NCBI GenBank assembly: GCA_963695855.1
Contig: CAVOHZ010000010.1
Coordinates: forward strand, 1,184,001 to 1,248,000
From: an uncultured Nitrososphaerales archaeon
Lineage (GTDB): Archaea > Thermoproteota > Nitrososphaeria > Nitrososphaerales > Nitrososphaeraceae
DNA length: 64,000 bases
Direction: 5' to 3'
A program made the translations under genes and the position numbers. Below, piece after piece: positions 43,016 through 53,961 of the stretch (position 1 is the stretch's first letter; each line of letters opens with the position of its first letter). The notes under the pieces are model-generated. The model was not told where the DNA came from. It worked only from the letters and a program-made list of their open reading frames with translations, and made no database searches.

Positions 43016-43612
43016 ATGGCTTTAAATTTATATAAACTTGCATATCCTGGAATATTAGCATTAATAGTAGTTGGAACGGTAGGCTTTCTACTTGCATTCA
43101 CTTATTATCCAGAAAAACATGTAAATGTAAATATTGATGGAACATGTTATGAGTTATTAGATACTTCTAATGAAAAACATAAAATTCTGAGCGCAGAAAA
43201 TGAAATCAACGTTAAGCAAATGCAATTAAAAATGATTGAATACGGTGATGCCAGTTTACCAATAATCTTTAGTGGATTTAAAGAAAGTGTAAATGATTTC
43301 ATAAAACATTATAATATTAGAAACATTATATCAATACAAAAAATTTCTGATAATGCAACATTCGATAAATTTATAGTAAATGCAATACTATCAAAGAATG
43401 AGCTTGAGAAAATAGTAAATGATCTGACAGTAAGCGACTTTTATCCAACAATATCCGTAAAAGGAAGTGTAGGATTAGGACCAAATAAATACATTAGTAG
43501 TGAAGAAGGAAAGATAATTTCAGCAGAATCAAAAGATTTTATGCAAAATGGCATCAAAAATATTGTTGAATCTAATGTTGGAATAAAATTAGCCGAATGT
43601 CGAAATATTTAG
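43016..43612 (+). CDS. Membrane-anchored hypothetical protein
   Basis: N-terminal TM and two Cys residues. Confidence 0.75.
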   Translation: MALNLYKLAYPGILALIVVGTVGFLLAFTYYPEKHVNVNIDGTCYELLDTSNEKHKILSAENEINVKQMQLKMIEYGDASLPIIFSGFKESVNDFIKHYNIRNIISIQKISDNATFDKFIVNAILSKNELEKIVNDLTVSDFYPTISVKGSVGLGPNKYISSEEGKIISAESKDFMQNGIKNIVESNVGIKLAECRNI

Positions 43613-43641
43613 CGAAAATGATAATAAATAATCATATAGAT

Positions 43642-43760
43642 AGCTCTGTTAAGTTAAGTAAAAATTACAAATTAAATTGAAAAAACCTACTAAAATTGAG
43701 TGTAGAACATAATAGATAAACAAAACATATCTTATATTTTTTACTTAAATTAACAGAGCC
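43642..43760. mobile_element. 119-bp IS6-derived MITE
   Basis: IRs GCTCTGTTAAGTTAAGTAAAAA / TTTTTACTTAAATTAACAGAGC; 8-bp TSD ATATAGAT at 43634-43641 and 43761-43768. Confidence 0.9.
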
Positions 43761-43905
43761 ATATAGATTATATAAAATCTAAAATGAATTGTTGATTTAT
43801 TTGTCAATTAATACTTGACTATCGAAAATATTATTTCCTAATTTTTAGCTTTCTTGTGATGGAAATCTTCATAAATCTAAAATATTAAAAATTACTAATT
43901 AAAAG

Positions 43906-44901
43906 TTATTTTATTTGTAAGTATTCTTGAGCATCAAAATGTGTAGATAATTCTATTGATACCTTGTCAGAGAAAACTCCCAATAGTTCAAAATCACCTA
44001 TATCGAGTCTTTTTTTGCTAAACATAGCAAGAACTCCTATTATTTTTCCTTTATGTTTCAAAGGATAGCCTGCAAAAGATTCAAGTTTTTCTTTTTTTGC
44101 CCATTCAGGATATTTTATTCGTGGATCATTTACCACATCATTAGTGATAATCGGCTTACCAGTTTTAGCTATATAACCGATTTTCAAAGAATCAACAGGT
44201 ATTCTTGAGAATTCTCCGATAATATTTTTATACTTTCCGGCACTAAACTTTAGAATTAAATGTTGTTCATCTTTATCCAATAACCAAATCCTTGCAAATT
44301 TTGCATCAAAAAATTTTACTAGTCCATCTACAATTAACTGTAGCTTATCTTGTAAAAATTGTGATCTTTCAACAGATTCAAGAATTTTATAGACAAGTAT
44401 TTTTCTTTCAGTAAGTTTACTATCATTAAGAAAAGTATAGGGGGATAGTTTGAATGTTTTGGTTTCATAAGAACGATAGTCCATAATAATTTCTGCAAAT
44501 CTTTGTAAGAAATTACTGCTTTCAAGTTCGTATTGTTCTACTGTGTCAAAGACAAAATGAAAAATCCAGTCATAGTCTCCGCTTGCTTTTGCCGAAAAAA
44601 CACAAAATGGTGCCTCTTTTGAATAATTAATTAATCCATTAATTAAATTAGTTGAAAGTGATGTATATTTGAATTTTAATAAAATAGTACGATTTACTTT
44701 TTGTGATATTAGCTCAGGATTAATAATAGCACAATATCCTAATATCACATTTCTATTCTCTAACCTTTTCAATCTCTGTCTTATTGCTCGGTCTGTTATC
44801 TTGTAATCCATTTCATGAAGGATATGCGCTATCTGATATGCGGAAATTCGAGCGTTTTTTCCTAGTTCATGAAGGATAACCTTATCGATTTCATCTATCA
44901 A
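43906..44901 (-). CDS. Lrp/AsnC regulator fused to a C-terminal GAF domain
   Basis: IDEIDKVIL.EL..NARIS..I HTH, SGDYD RAM domain, then ARIWLLD..GKPIITNDV.NDPR..SFAGYPL..IIGVL GAF. Confidence 0.9.
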   Translation of the reverse strand: MIDEIDKVILHELGKNARISAYQIAHILHEMDYKITDRAIRQRLKRLENRNVILGYCAIINPELISQKVNRTILLKFKYTSLSTNLINGLINYSKEAPFCVFSAKASGDYDWIFHFVFDTVEQYELESSNFLQRFAEIIMDYRSYETKTFKLSPYTFLNDSKLTERKILVYKILESVERSQFLQDKLQLIVDGLVKFFDAKFARIWLLDKDEQHLILKFSAGKYKNIIGEFSRIPVDSLKIGYIAKTGKPIITNDVVNDPRIKYPEWAKKEKLESFAGYPLKHKGKIIGVLAMFSKKRLDIGDFELLGVFSDKVSIELSTHFDAQEYLQIK

Positions 44902-44940
44902 GCAAATCTATATCTGTTGTATTTTTTACTTATACAAATA

Positions 44941-44953
44941 TTCCGATTCGGAA
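44941..44953. promoter_or_regulatory. Palindromic operator TTCCGATTCGGAA (copy 2)
   Basis: 40 bp upstream of the Lrp-GAF start, in the divergent intergenic region. Confidence 0.65.
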
Positions 44954-45136
44954 ATAATTATAATATTGTAAAAACTGTCACAGTAATTTTCTTCCGCTTT
45001 ATAGCAAACATACTTACTTTTCGTTCCCTTTTGTAGATCGTTGTTTTTTGTTGCTTTATAAATAAATAAATAAATTCTAATACAATATAGCAATAGAAGA
45101 GAAATAGTAATAAGAGAAGGTAACCAAAATAACCTA

Positions 45137-45691
45137 ATGAAAAAAATATCTGAAAAGAATACAGTAACAAGCTCTTTTATGATTGCCTATCTGGTGATCG
45201 CTAGTGGTGGATTATTGTTGTTATTTTCGTCAAATGTAGGTCTAGTAATGGGAATTCCTCCTGGTGTAGTACAAGGAGACTATTTGTTTGGAAGAACAGT
45301 AGGTATTGTAGAAGACGAAAATGGAAAACCATCATGGATTATATCTGGAACGTGGAAAACTAATTTATCAAATCAAAGTCAAGTTACAGACAATTCAACT
45401 GTTTTTGATGCATCTTTTGAAATGATAAAACCTGATGGAACAGGAAAACATACACATACTCTTACCAATTATATCTTAACCGATGTTTCAAATCCAAATA
45501 ATAACAGCACAATATTTAATGGAACAGCAACAATCAGTATGAAGGAAGCACCAATTACTGAAGTTCCTGTAAGTATTAAAGTAATGAATAATAATCTTGG
45601 TGTTATATCCATCGATCCAAAAAAGACAGATAATCACTTTGGCACTAATCCAGTATATGGCATTCCTTTAGAAGAAAGTGAATATAAATAA
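45137..45691 (+). CDS. Secreted thaumarchaeal hypothetical protein
   Basis: Signal peptide; WIISGTW, F.M.KPDG...HTH, HFG..P.YG. Confidence 0.8.
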   Translation: MKKISEKNTVTSSFMIAYLVIASGGLLLLFSSNVGLVMGIPPGVVQGDYLFGRTVGIVEDENGKPSWIISGTWKTNLSNQSQVTDNSTVFDASFEMIKPDGTGKHTHTLTNYILTDVSNPNNNSTIFNGTATISMKEAPITEVPVSIKVMNNNLGVISIDPKKTDNHFGTNPVYGIPLEESEYK

Positions 45692-45811
45692 AAGAAATCC
45701 TAGCGAATCTAGCAATTAATTTTATTTTATTTTTTATCAGCAAAAGTATTTTATCGAAAAAATTACAAGTTTATAGGTATAGTTAATATACTATTAATTT
45801 GTTATAAGTTT

Positions 45812-46783
45812 ATGAATTTTAAAAATACCTTTTTTTTTAGCAGTATGCTGGTTTTATTGTCACTATTGATTTTTTTGAATAGTATGACATTCAATTCCTC
45901 ATTTGCAGCAACAGAATATGAACAGAAAATGAAATGGGGAGCAAAAGGTGTTGCTATTGGTCAATTTAATCAGGCAGGTGGAATTGCTGCTGACTCTGAA
46001 AATAATATTTATATTGCCGATTTTACTGGTCGTTCAAATATGATTCAGAAATTTACAGATAACGGAACCTTTATCCTTGGTTTTGGTATATTAGGTAATG
46101 GTCCCCAATATTTTACTAATCCTGCTGGTATAGCTGCTGACTCTGAAAATAATATTTATGTTTCTGATTTTGGAAATCCTAATTATGCTATTAAAAAATT
46201 CAGCAATGATGGAAAATTCATTACTTCATTTGGATCATTTGGCCTTGGAGATGGAGAATTTATTAGCCCTGGTGGATTAGCTGTAGATAAAGAAAATAAT
46301 ATTTATGCTACTGATTTCGGAGAAAATAATAATGTACAAAAATTTGACCAAAATGGTAATTTTATAATGAAATTTGGTACTTATGGAACTGGAGATGGGC
46401 GATTCTTAAATCCAACAGATGTAGCGACAGATTCACTTGGAAATATATTTGTTGTAGATTCTTCTAACAATCGTGTACAAAAATTTGACCAAAATGGTAA
46501 TTTTATAATGAAATTTGGTAAACTAGGTAATGGTGATGGAGAATTCAATTCTCCTATAGAATTAGCAATTGATTCATCTGATAATATCTTTGTCGTTGAT
46601 AATGATAACAATCGTGTACAGATATTCAATAGAGATGGAGGATATATTACTCAATTCGGAAATCAAGGTACTGCATCTGACAGAATTCAAGATCCAATTG
46701 GTATCACACTAGATTCTTCTGGTAATGCATATGTAGCTGATGGAACGGATAGTGATATACATGTATTCAGTCCAGTAAAATAA
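45812..46783 (+). CDS. Secreted NHL-repeat six-bladed beta-propeller
   Basis: Six G.G.G.F..P.GIA.D...NIYV.D..N.RVQKF repeats. Confidence 0.95.
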   Translation: MNFKNTFFFSSMLVLLSLLIFLNSMTFNSSFAATEYEQKMKWGAKGVAIGQFNQAGGIAADSENNIYIADFTGRSNMIQKFTDNGTFILGFGILGNGPQYFTNPAGIAADSENNIYVSDFGNPNYAIKKFSNDGKFITSFGSFGLGDGEFISPGGLAVDKENNIYATDFGENNNVQKFDQNGNFIMKFGTYGTGDGRFLNPTDVATDSLGNIFVVDSSNNRVQKFDQNGNFIMKFGKLGNGDGEFNSPIELAIDSSDNIFVVDNDNNRVQIFNRDGGYITQFGNQGTASDRIQDPIGITLDSSGNAYVADGTDSDIHVFSPVK

Positions 46784-46862
46784 TATTCAATACAAATTTT
46801 TTTACATTTAATACATACATTAATTATTTTTCCTTAAATGTGCCATAATCTTCTATATAATA

Positions 46863-47786
46863 ATGATTAATCTAAAATTAAAGATAGATCATGTACATCT
46901 TAAAGTATCAGATTTAGAAAAATCTCTTGAATTTTACCAGTCAATCCTTGGATTTAAAATAGTAAGACGAGAATCTAAGACTGCATTTCTTTCATCAGAT
47001 ATCAAAAACTCATCTTTTTTTTTGATTGCACTTACAGAAGTAAATAATGCTCTCAAAGCTCAAAGGAAACAGAGAGTAGCAGGATTATATCATTTTGCGA
47101 TTTTATTACCAGAAAGAAGATATTTATCATATTTTCTTAAACATATACAAAAAAATCTTAATACTGAATATTATGAAGGTATGGCAGATCATGCCGTATC
47201 AGAATCCATTTACATACATGACCCTGATTTTAATGGAATTGAAGTTTATAGAGATAGAGCTCCCTCGGAATGGAAATGGAACAATCATACAGTACATATG
47301 GTTACTGAACCATTAGATGTACAAGGTCTACTGAAAGAATCGATTGATATGGATAATGAATGGAATGAACTTCCTCCCAAGACATCTATAGGTCATGTTC
47401 ATTTGCATGTGTCTAATCTTGCTAAAGCAAAAAAATTCTATCAAGAGATTTTGGGTCTAAATCATACTGCTACTTTTCCGGGCGTAAATTTCTTTGCTGC
47501 AAATAGGTATCATCATCATGTTGCTACCAACACATGGCTTGGAAAAAACATTTCTTCTGCAATTGATAATAGTAGACCAGGATTAGATCATTATGCAATA
47601 AATTTACATAGTCAAAATGATTTATTTTTACTAAAGAATCATCTTTTAGAATTTAAAATAGTTATTGACGAAGAACAACTAATTGAAAATGATAATAAAT
47701 ACTCTTCATCGTTCTACGCTTATGATTTTGATGGAATAAAAATACAATTTTTGTATACTAATCCCACAAAAAAAACGATAAATTAA
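46863..47786 (+). CDS. Two-domain VOC protein, CatE-like (catechol 2,3-dioxygenase family)
   Basis: HVHLKVSDL, GLYHFAILLP, DHAVSESIY..DPD.NGIEVY.DR, IGHVHL.V, YHHH.A.N.W. Confidence 0.9.
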   Translation: MINLKLKIDHVHLKVSDLEKSLEFYQSILGFKIVRRESKTAFLSSDIKNSSFFLIALTEVNNALKAQRKQRVAGLYHFAILLPERRYLSYFLKHIQKNLNTEYYEGMADHAVSESIYIHDPDFNGIEVYRDRAPSEWKWNNHTVHMVTEPLDVQGLLKESIDMDNEWNELPPKTSIGHVHLHVSNLAKAKKFYQEILGLNHTATFPGVNFFAANRYHHHVATNTWLGKNISSAIDNSRPGLDHYAINLHSQNDLFLLKNHLLEFKIVIDEEQLIENDNKYSSSFYAYDFDGIKIQFLYTNPTKKTIN

Positions 47787-48005
47787 AGTAACAATACAAT
47801 ATTAGAAAAAATCATTCAACGTAATAATCAATATGTTTCATACATATTTTCATTTGGGATTTTATATTTAGTATTCTTAGTCTTTTCAATATATATGAAA
47901 TATCATGTATGAATATTTTTTTGTAAAAACATTTCATTGTTATTTCAATAAAATTTTTAAGACACAAATTCTGATTGATATTATTTTTTTATTTATTTCT
48001 TTTTA

Positions 48006-48506
48006 TTATGTAGCCTCTTTTTTTGACATTGTTGTACAGAAATCCTCAGCTGCTTTTTTAATTTCCTCTGAGGAAAGATCTTTCTTATGAGTTGCTATTG
48101 ACCACTGATATCCAAAAGGATCTTTTAGTGAACCAACACGATCTCCCCAGAATGCATCGTTGATTGGTTGAATTATGGTAGCACCAGCAGATACAGCTTG
48201 ATTGAAAGTCGAATCAACATCATTGACGTATACATAAAGCCAAACTGGATTTCCTCCTACAGATTGAGGTGAAAAAGATTTCATTTCTTTGGATTCTTCA
48301 GAAAGCATAATAGCAGAATCTCCAATTCTAATTTCTGCATGCATTATAGTCTTATTATCAGGTCCATACATTCGATGACGTTCTTCTGCGTTGAATGATT
48401 TTTTATAAAATTCTATCGCACGTTCTGCATCTTTTATTATTATGTAAGGTGTAATAGTATGGTAATCATCTGGTACTGGCTTTACATTATCTGTCATATT
48501 TGTCAT
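48006..48506 (-). CDS. VOC/PhnB-like glyoxalase family protein
   Basis: TITPY, AIEFY..F.A.E, MHAE.RIGDS, FWGDR.G..KDPFG..W. Confidence 0.92.
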   Translation of the reverse strand: MTNMTDNVKPVPDDYHTITPYIIIKDAERAIEFYKKSFNAEERHRMYGPDNKTIMHAEIRIGDSAIMLSEESKEMKSFSPQSVGGNPVWLYVYVNDVDSTFNQAVSAGATIIQPINDAFWGDRVGSLKDPFGYQWSIATHKKDLSSEEIKKAAEDFCTTMSKKEAT

Positions 48507-48814
48507 AATCTGTGTTCCTTAAATTTATAAATTTGCTTATTAGATCATATAGAAAATGATCAAAAATATCAAAAAGCCAATTTTAGTACGTCACTTAATC
48601 ACATTCATTTTGAAAGAATAAATTTTTTATTTTCTTTGAACCAAGTATCTCTTACAAGCTATATCCAAATATATGGAACGGTGAGAAAGAGACGAAATCT
48701 AATCAAATTTGTTTTGGATAGGAAGTGATTATACTATAGATCTAAAAACTATATACATTTTCGGAATAAGGTTATACATATTTATTAAATACCTGCAAAT
48801 ATATTTTTCAGAAC

Positions 48815-49849
48815 GTGCTACAACAAGTCGACAATATAAAGATTACAATTTTGATGGATAATATAACTGATAGATTGTTACCCAGCTCACAAGTAGTAGA
48901 ACGATCGCCAATGATAAGCAATCAAAAATTTAACAAACCGCCAATTGCAGAACATGGTTTTTCGGCACTGTTAGAAATAATATATATATACAAAAATAAG
49001 AAACTAATCAATAAATTTCTTTTTGATACTGGAGTTAGTGAAAATGGTGTTATTTACAATTCAGATATCTTTGGTATAAACTTTGAAGATATTGAAACTA
49101 TAGTATTAAGTCATGGACATTTTGATCATTTTATAGGACTTGTAAGTGTTTTAAAGAGAATTAACAAACCAACAAAAATTATAATGCATCCAGATGCATT
49201 ACTTAAACGATGGATTGTATTTCCTAATGGCAATAAAGCAAAAATGGATTCCTTAAATGAACAAACAATAAGGGACGTCAACGGCATAATAATGAAAAGA
49301 AGTGGACTAAATTATTTGCCATATGAAAAGAAAATTATGAATAATAATGAAGAAGATTATGGAGATAATAACAATCATTATAATAATGGGAATAGAAGAA
49401 TATTAATAACCGGAGAAATACCACGAATTACAACTTTTGAGAAAGGATTTCCATTACAATACAAAGAAGCTGCAGATGAAAGTAATCTTCTTATTCCAGA
49501 TCCCCTTGTTAAAGATGACCAGGCCCTGGTAATGAATCTAAAGAATAAGGGCTTAGTTATACTGAGCGGTTGCGGTCATGCTGGAATAATAAATACTATA
49601 AAATATGCCACTAAAGTTACAGGGGTTAGAAAAATTTTTGCAGTTATAGGTGGATTTCATCTAACAGGGGAAGGGTATGAGCATGCAATTTCCTTGACAA
49701 TAAACGAACTTAAAACAATTGATCCAAAGTATATTATTCCGTGTCACTGTACCGGCTGGAAGGCTTCTAATGAAATAATTAAAGAGATGCCACAAAAGTA
49801 TATACAAACAAGTGTTGGATCTACATTTGTTTTTAATTCACTCGAATAA
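48815..49849 (+). CDS. MBL-fold metallohydrolase (COG1237-like)
   Basis: AEHGFS, LFDTG, SHGHFDH, DDQAL, SGCGHAG, GGFHL, PCHCTG. Confidence 0.9.
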   Translation: MLQQVDNIKITILMDNITDRLLPSSQVVERSPMISNQKFNKPPIAEHGFSALLEIIYIYKNKKLINKFLFDTGVSENGVIYNSDIFGINFEDIETIVLSHGHFDHFIGLVSVLKRINKPTKIIMHPDALLKRWIVFPNGNKAKMDSLNEQTIRDVNGIIMKRSGLNYLPYEKKIMNNNEEDYGDNNNHYNNGNRRILITGEIPRITTFEKGFPLQYKEAADESNLLIPDPLVKDDQALVMNLKNKGLVILSGCGHAGIINTIKYATKVTGVRKIFAVIGGFHLTGEGYEHAISLTINELKTIDPKYIIPCHCTGWKASNEIIKEMPQKYIQTSVGSTFVFNSLE

Positions 49850-50235
49850 AACATTCTTCATATTTTCTAATATTACCTTTGTCATCTGCTATCTGATTTT
49901 TATTGCTTTTATGTTGTTTATGGGGTTAATCTTTCATATTCTTTCTACTCAATACTCTTATTGCCTAACTCAATCTATAAGATTTGGCAAAAAAACGATC
50001 TGCTCCTTTAACATAAATTTTGGTGGGATTACATTCAAAAACTAGATAAATCTATTAGTCTAGCGATATTCCTTCTTATGAGATCCCTTGTGGCTGCTCC
50101 TGACTGATTTCATTTTGTACCTAAACATTAATTACTACTCTTTTTCTTGATGATTATTCAGAATGATTAAATACTACAAGATCACGTAATGTTCCTTCTA
50201 AGCTCAGATATATTAAATTCATATTTAATTTTGCA

Positions 50236-50853
50236 ATGAGCAATCAAAAGATAGTTCTGGCTTCTATCACAGTGATGGTAGCCGCAGGTTTATTGGCTCT
50301 AAACCCGTCAATGATAGGAAATGTACAAGCCCAAATGTACGACAATAACTACGGATACGACAATAACTACGGATACGACAATAACTACGGATACGACAAT
50401 AACTACGGATACGACAATAACTACGGATACGACAATAACTACGGATACGACAATAACTACGGATACGACAATAACTACGGATACGACAATAACTACGGAT
50501 ACGACAATAACTACGGATACGACAATAACTATTACCAAGACGATAATAGATATAGTCATGATAAAAAGGATCCAAAGAGCTCTCTTGTAGATATCCAGAA
50601 AATAAAGTGTGTTAACAGTAACGTCAATGTCAACGGTATAGATATTACAAAGATAGAAGATCCGACCACATTGGGAGCAACAAATGACTTGGCTGCCAAT
50701 GAAGCAGACGGTCCAGATGGAACAAATACACAAAACGGTAACGGTGGTGGAGATAGAATAAACTTCGACAGGAACCTCGTAAATATATGTGTCAACCTCA
50801 ACTTTAACAACCAAGAAAAAGTACCTTTTGATGTTGATAGCCTATTAGGCTAA
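50236..50853 (+). CDS. Secreted protein of the IQKIKC...NLVNICVN family with (YDNNYG)n insert
   Basis: Signal peptide ending AQA/VQA; paralog of 15321-15743. Confidence 0.88.
   Translation: MSNQKIVLASITVMVAAGLLALNPSMIGNVQAQMYDNNYGYDNNYGYDNNYGYDNNYGYDNNYGYDNNYGYDNNYGYDNNYGYDNNYGYDNNYGYDNNYYQDDNRYSHDKKDPKSSLVDIQKIKCVNSNVNVNGIDITKIEDPTTLGATNDLAANEADGPDGTNTQNGNGGGDRINFDRNLVNICVNLNFNNQEKVPFDVDSLLG
50338..50532 (+). repeat. 18-bp coding tandem repeat TACGACAATAACTACGGA, 10 full units plus 1 partial
   Basis: Read directly. Confidence 0.97.
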
Positions 50854-51050
50854 ATTTATCTACCCTTCTTTTTTTTATTTGAATTATTAATTATTTTGAT
50901 ATTCTAGCGATAATATTATCAGATCTCATATTTTACCTAAACATCATTTTGTATCCTTGTTACTATAGTTGATTAGGAATCTTGAAATAATAAGTTTGCA
51001 TATAACGATCCTTCAAAGGTTAGAAATATTTTAATCATATGTTACGACCC

Positions 51051-51730
51051 ATGATCAATCTTAAAGTAGTGTTAGGCCTTTTATTGGTATTGATATTTAT
51101 TGCAGGTCTATTGATTCTAACCCCATCAATTATAGGAAATGTACAGGCACAAATTTATGGCTACCAGCATGAAAATGATCACTATAAGGTTTATACAGAT
51201 TCAAATCTTCTGATCTAAACCTTCAGAATATAAAATGTGTAAGTAGCAACGTCAATGTAAACGGTGTAGATATTAACCAGATACCTAAAGACGGTACTGC
51301 TACTACCGCAGAACCAAATGAAGTAGGAGAAGATCCAGATGGTAGAAATACACAGAATGGTGACAGAATTGGAGATAGAATAAACTTCGACAGGAACCTC
51401 GTAAATATATGTATCAATTCTAACCAGAACGAACAGGTAAAAATTAATGCTGATGAATAAAATGAAGAGCAAACATGTAAAGACTGTTTTTCGATTCTAA
51501 GTTATGAACAAATCCAAGGTATAAAGGCCGGTCTTTCAGATCAGTCTGAAGGTAAAGTAACAACAATTGAAGAATTTTGCGAACAACTAAGCAATAATGC
51601 TATTTCCAATGAAGATAAATTATCTGGTTTTGAGACTATACTAACATTAGCCGACATACCTCTTTATACTCAACAATCCATACTAAAATGCCTGGAAGGT
51701 TTGGGAATAATTGAAATACCATCAGTATAA
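51051..51730 (+). pseudogene. Disrupted tandem paralog of 50236-50853
   Basis: Signal peptide ..LNPSIIGNVQAQ, stop near 51216, then IKCVSSNVNVNGVDI..DRINFDRNLVNICIN, and a further stop before a Cys-containing tail. Confidence 0.8.
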
Positions 51731-52271
51731 AATTAAATTTTATCTTTCTTTTGCTATTTTTTAGTCATGGTTACTTCGTAATCCAATCAACATTTTACAT
51801 TAATATTGGAATGATGTTTTTCCCATTCTTCCTTGCCGAGTGTTTCGGAAGAGAGGCGCATAGGTCTCCTTCGCTGTTTTAGACAATGTTAATATGGTTA
51901 CTTCAAATCGTCCTTGTGTAAATATATCAACTCTTAATGTTTTCTAACATATTTAACAAGATGGTAAAAAACGTTATTGAACCCTACTAATATACGTGGC
52001 ACAGAGGATAGTCAACTAATTTTGACCCAATTTGAGTTTTAAAACAAGAAATAAGTGCAGTTGATAATCATACTCAAAATAAAACTATTGATCTAAATGT
52101 CGCTATGATTAAATGGTTAGCTAAATGTGTTAGGAATGCAAGTTACACAACATGGCAATATAATCAATAGATCCAGAATTTGAAATTCCGAATTCTTTTC
52201 TGTACTAATTTTCTAGAAACTTTGATTAGAAAGTATATTAAAAACAAACTTTAATAAATAATTTAGGGAAG

Positions 52272-52685
52272 ATGTTCCTAGATAACAAAAATACTTTTTA
52301 TGTGGTAGTCCTATTGTCTGCTTCATTTTTAATCGGTGGGATGATAACAGCACCGGTAGTTTCAAAAATATATGCTGATCCTGATACCAAATTCTTTAAA
52401 AAAGAAAATATAAAGATACAATATGATAAGAAATACAAGCACAAGCACCACAATTACGACGACAGATGTTATGACAACCATCATAATAAATACAAGGACA
52501 AACATCACGAGTACAACGACAGATGTTATGACAACCATCATCATAAATATTACAAAGATCATAAACATCATGATAACCATCATCATAAATATTACAAAGA
52601 TCATAAACATCATGATAACCATCATCATAAATATTACAAAGATCATGAAAATTACAAACACGATAGAGAGTATCATAAATACTAA
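52272..52685 (+). CDS. Secreted His/Lys/Asp/Tyr-rich protein
   Basis: Signal peptide ending IYA; repeats DRCYDNHH and HHDNHHHKYYKDH. Confidence 0.8.
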   Translation: MFLDNKNTFYVVVLLSASFLIGGMITAPVVSKIYADPDTKFFKKENIKIQYDKKYKHKHHNYDDRCYDNHHNKYKDKHHEYNDRCYDNHHHKYYKDHKHHDNHHHKYYKDHKHHDNHHHKYYKDHENYKHDREYHKY

Positions 52686-52827
52686 TTTTATTAGAATAAT
52701 AGGATCTGTAAATTAAATAACAAATAAAGAAGTAACATATAATTACTATTACAGAGTTTCGATTGAAAAAAATAATGGACATAACTTACTAATGGATAAA
52801 TTTAAAGGGTTAAAATTAGCAGAAGAT

Positions 52828-52955
52828 GAATAGCCCCAAATTATCCTCCTATAAACAATTATGCTATTGGCTAATTGTACTATACCAAGATAGTTTTCGT
52901 ACCTTACAAACAACATTATTTACTAACACCTTTTCTTCTTGTCTATGTCGGATGG
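52828..52955 (-). mobile_element. Right-end remnant of the IS5 element type at 41392-42325
   Basis: CCCAAATTATCCTCCTATAAACAATTATGCTATTGGCTAA matches the reverse complement of 42277-42318. Confidence 0.75.
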
Positions 52956-53391
52956 AATTCATGAATTATGTCATTTGAAAATTCAAGGACATTCTTGTCA
53001 TTTGAGTTTTTTTAAACAATTTGTGGTTGGATAACAGAAAAAAATGACTGGCTTCATAAAAATACGAGACGTACGTTGATATCATGAACGACCATGATTT
53101 TCACAATTTTATTTTTTTATACTCCGTATGATTTGATAACCTTTTAAAATTTTTTTAATAATCCTTGTTTCAAATACCTATAAATTTTTCAAAAAGGTTA
53201 TGAACTATTTATAGGGATTCGGTTTTTTATCTTAATATTTGCAGGTTATTTAGTAATTACCTTAAGAATGAACTCATCTTTGCGATCGTTTGACAAATCA
53301 AGTATGATATTGGAAAATTTGAGGTCTTTTTGTTAATGGCGGCACAAATATTGACAAATAAAATCGATATGCTATAATACTACTTTTTTTA

Positions 53392-53961
53392 TTGCAAAAT
53401 GTGGGCTATGATAATGAAGAATATGAAAAGAAAATGCTTATAGATTTCCTAAAATTAACTAAAGAGAGATTTCATATTTTAATAGATAATGAAAATGGAG
53501 ACCTCAGAACTATAATTTCTGATGATATGAGACCACTTCTTCCTTTGTATGAAAGATCGTATAAAGATGTTGAGAAGAATATTGACAGGTGTATGGAGAT
53601 AATACCAAATATACCATATGGCCTTTTAGTTCGACATGGATTTACCAATAATCATCTTATTCTTAAATTAATTCAGGTAGATATATGTTGGATAAATATA
53701 GTAACTATAAGAAAAGATCCTTTAAGAAATTTTGATAAAATATACAAGGATCAAAAAGAACCATCTAAAGAAGAAAAACGTAAATGGGAGAATTTTAAAG
53801 ATAAACTTAGAAGAAATTGGTATAAATTTCTAAGAGCAACTGATAGTTGTATTTTTGAAAGCTTAAATGATATTATTAATGCAATGCCTGGCCAATCTGG
53901 AATTTTTGCTATGGTTAAAGAATGGAAAAATTCAGTAGAAATAGCAATTGAAGAAAAATAA
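53392..53961 (+). CDS. Hypothetical protein
   Basis: 189-aa helical ORF. Confidence 0.65.
   Translation: MQNVGYDNEEYEKKMLIDFLKLTKERFHILIDNENGDLRTIISDDMRPLLPLYERSYKDVEKNIDRCMEIIPNIPYGLLVRHGFTNNHLILKLIQVDICWINIVTIRKDPLRNFDKIYKDQKEPSKEEKRKWENFKDKLRRNWYKFLRATDSCIFESLNDIINAMPGQSGIFAMVKEWKNSVEIAIEEK

Noticed and set aside
50267-50814. Overlapping ORFs (SYCRIR)n, (VVIVVS)n and (TTITTD)n
   Set aside because: Shadow frames of the 18-bp repeat in the real plus-strand gene.
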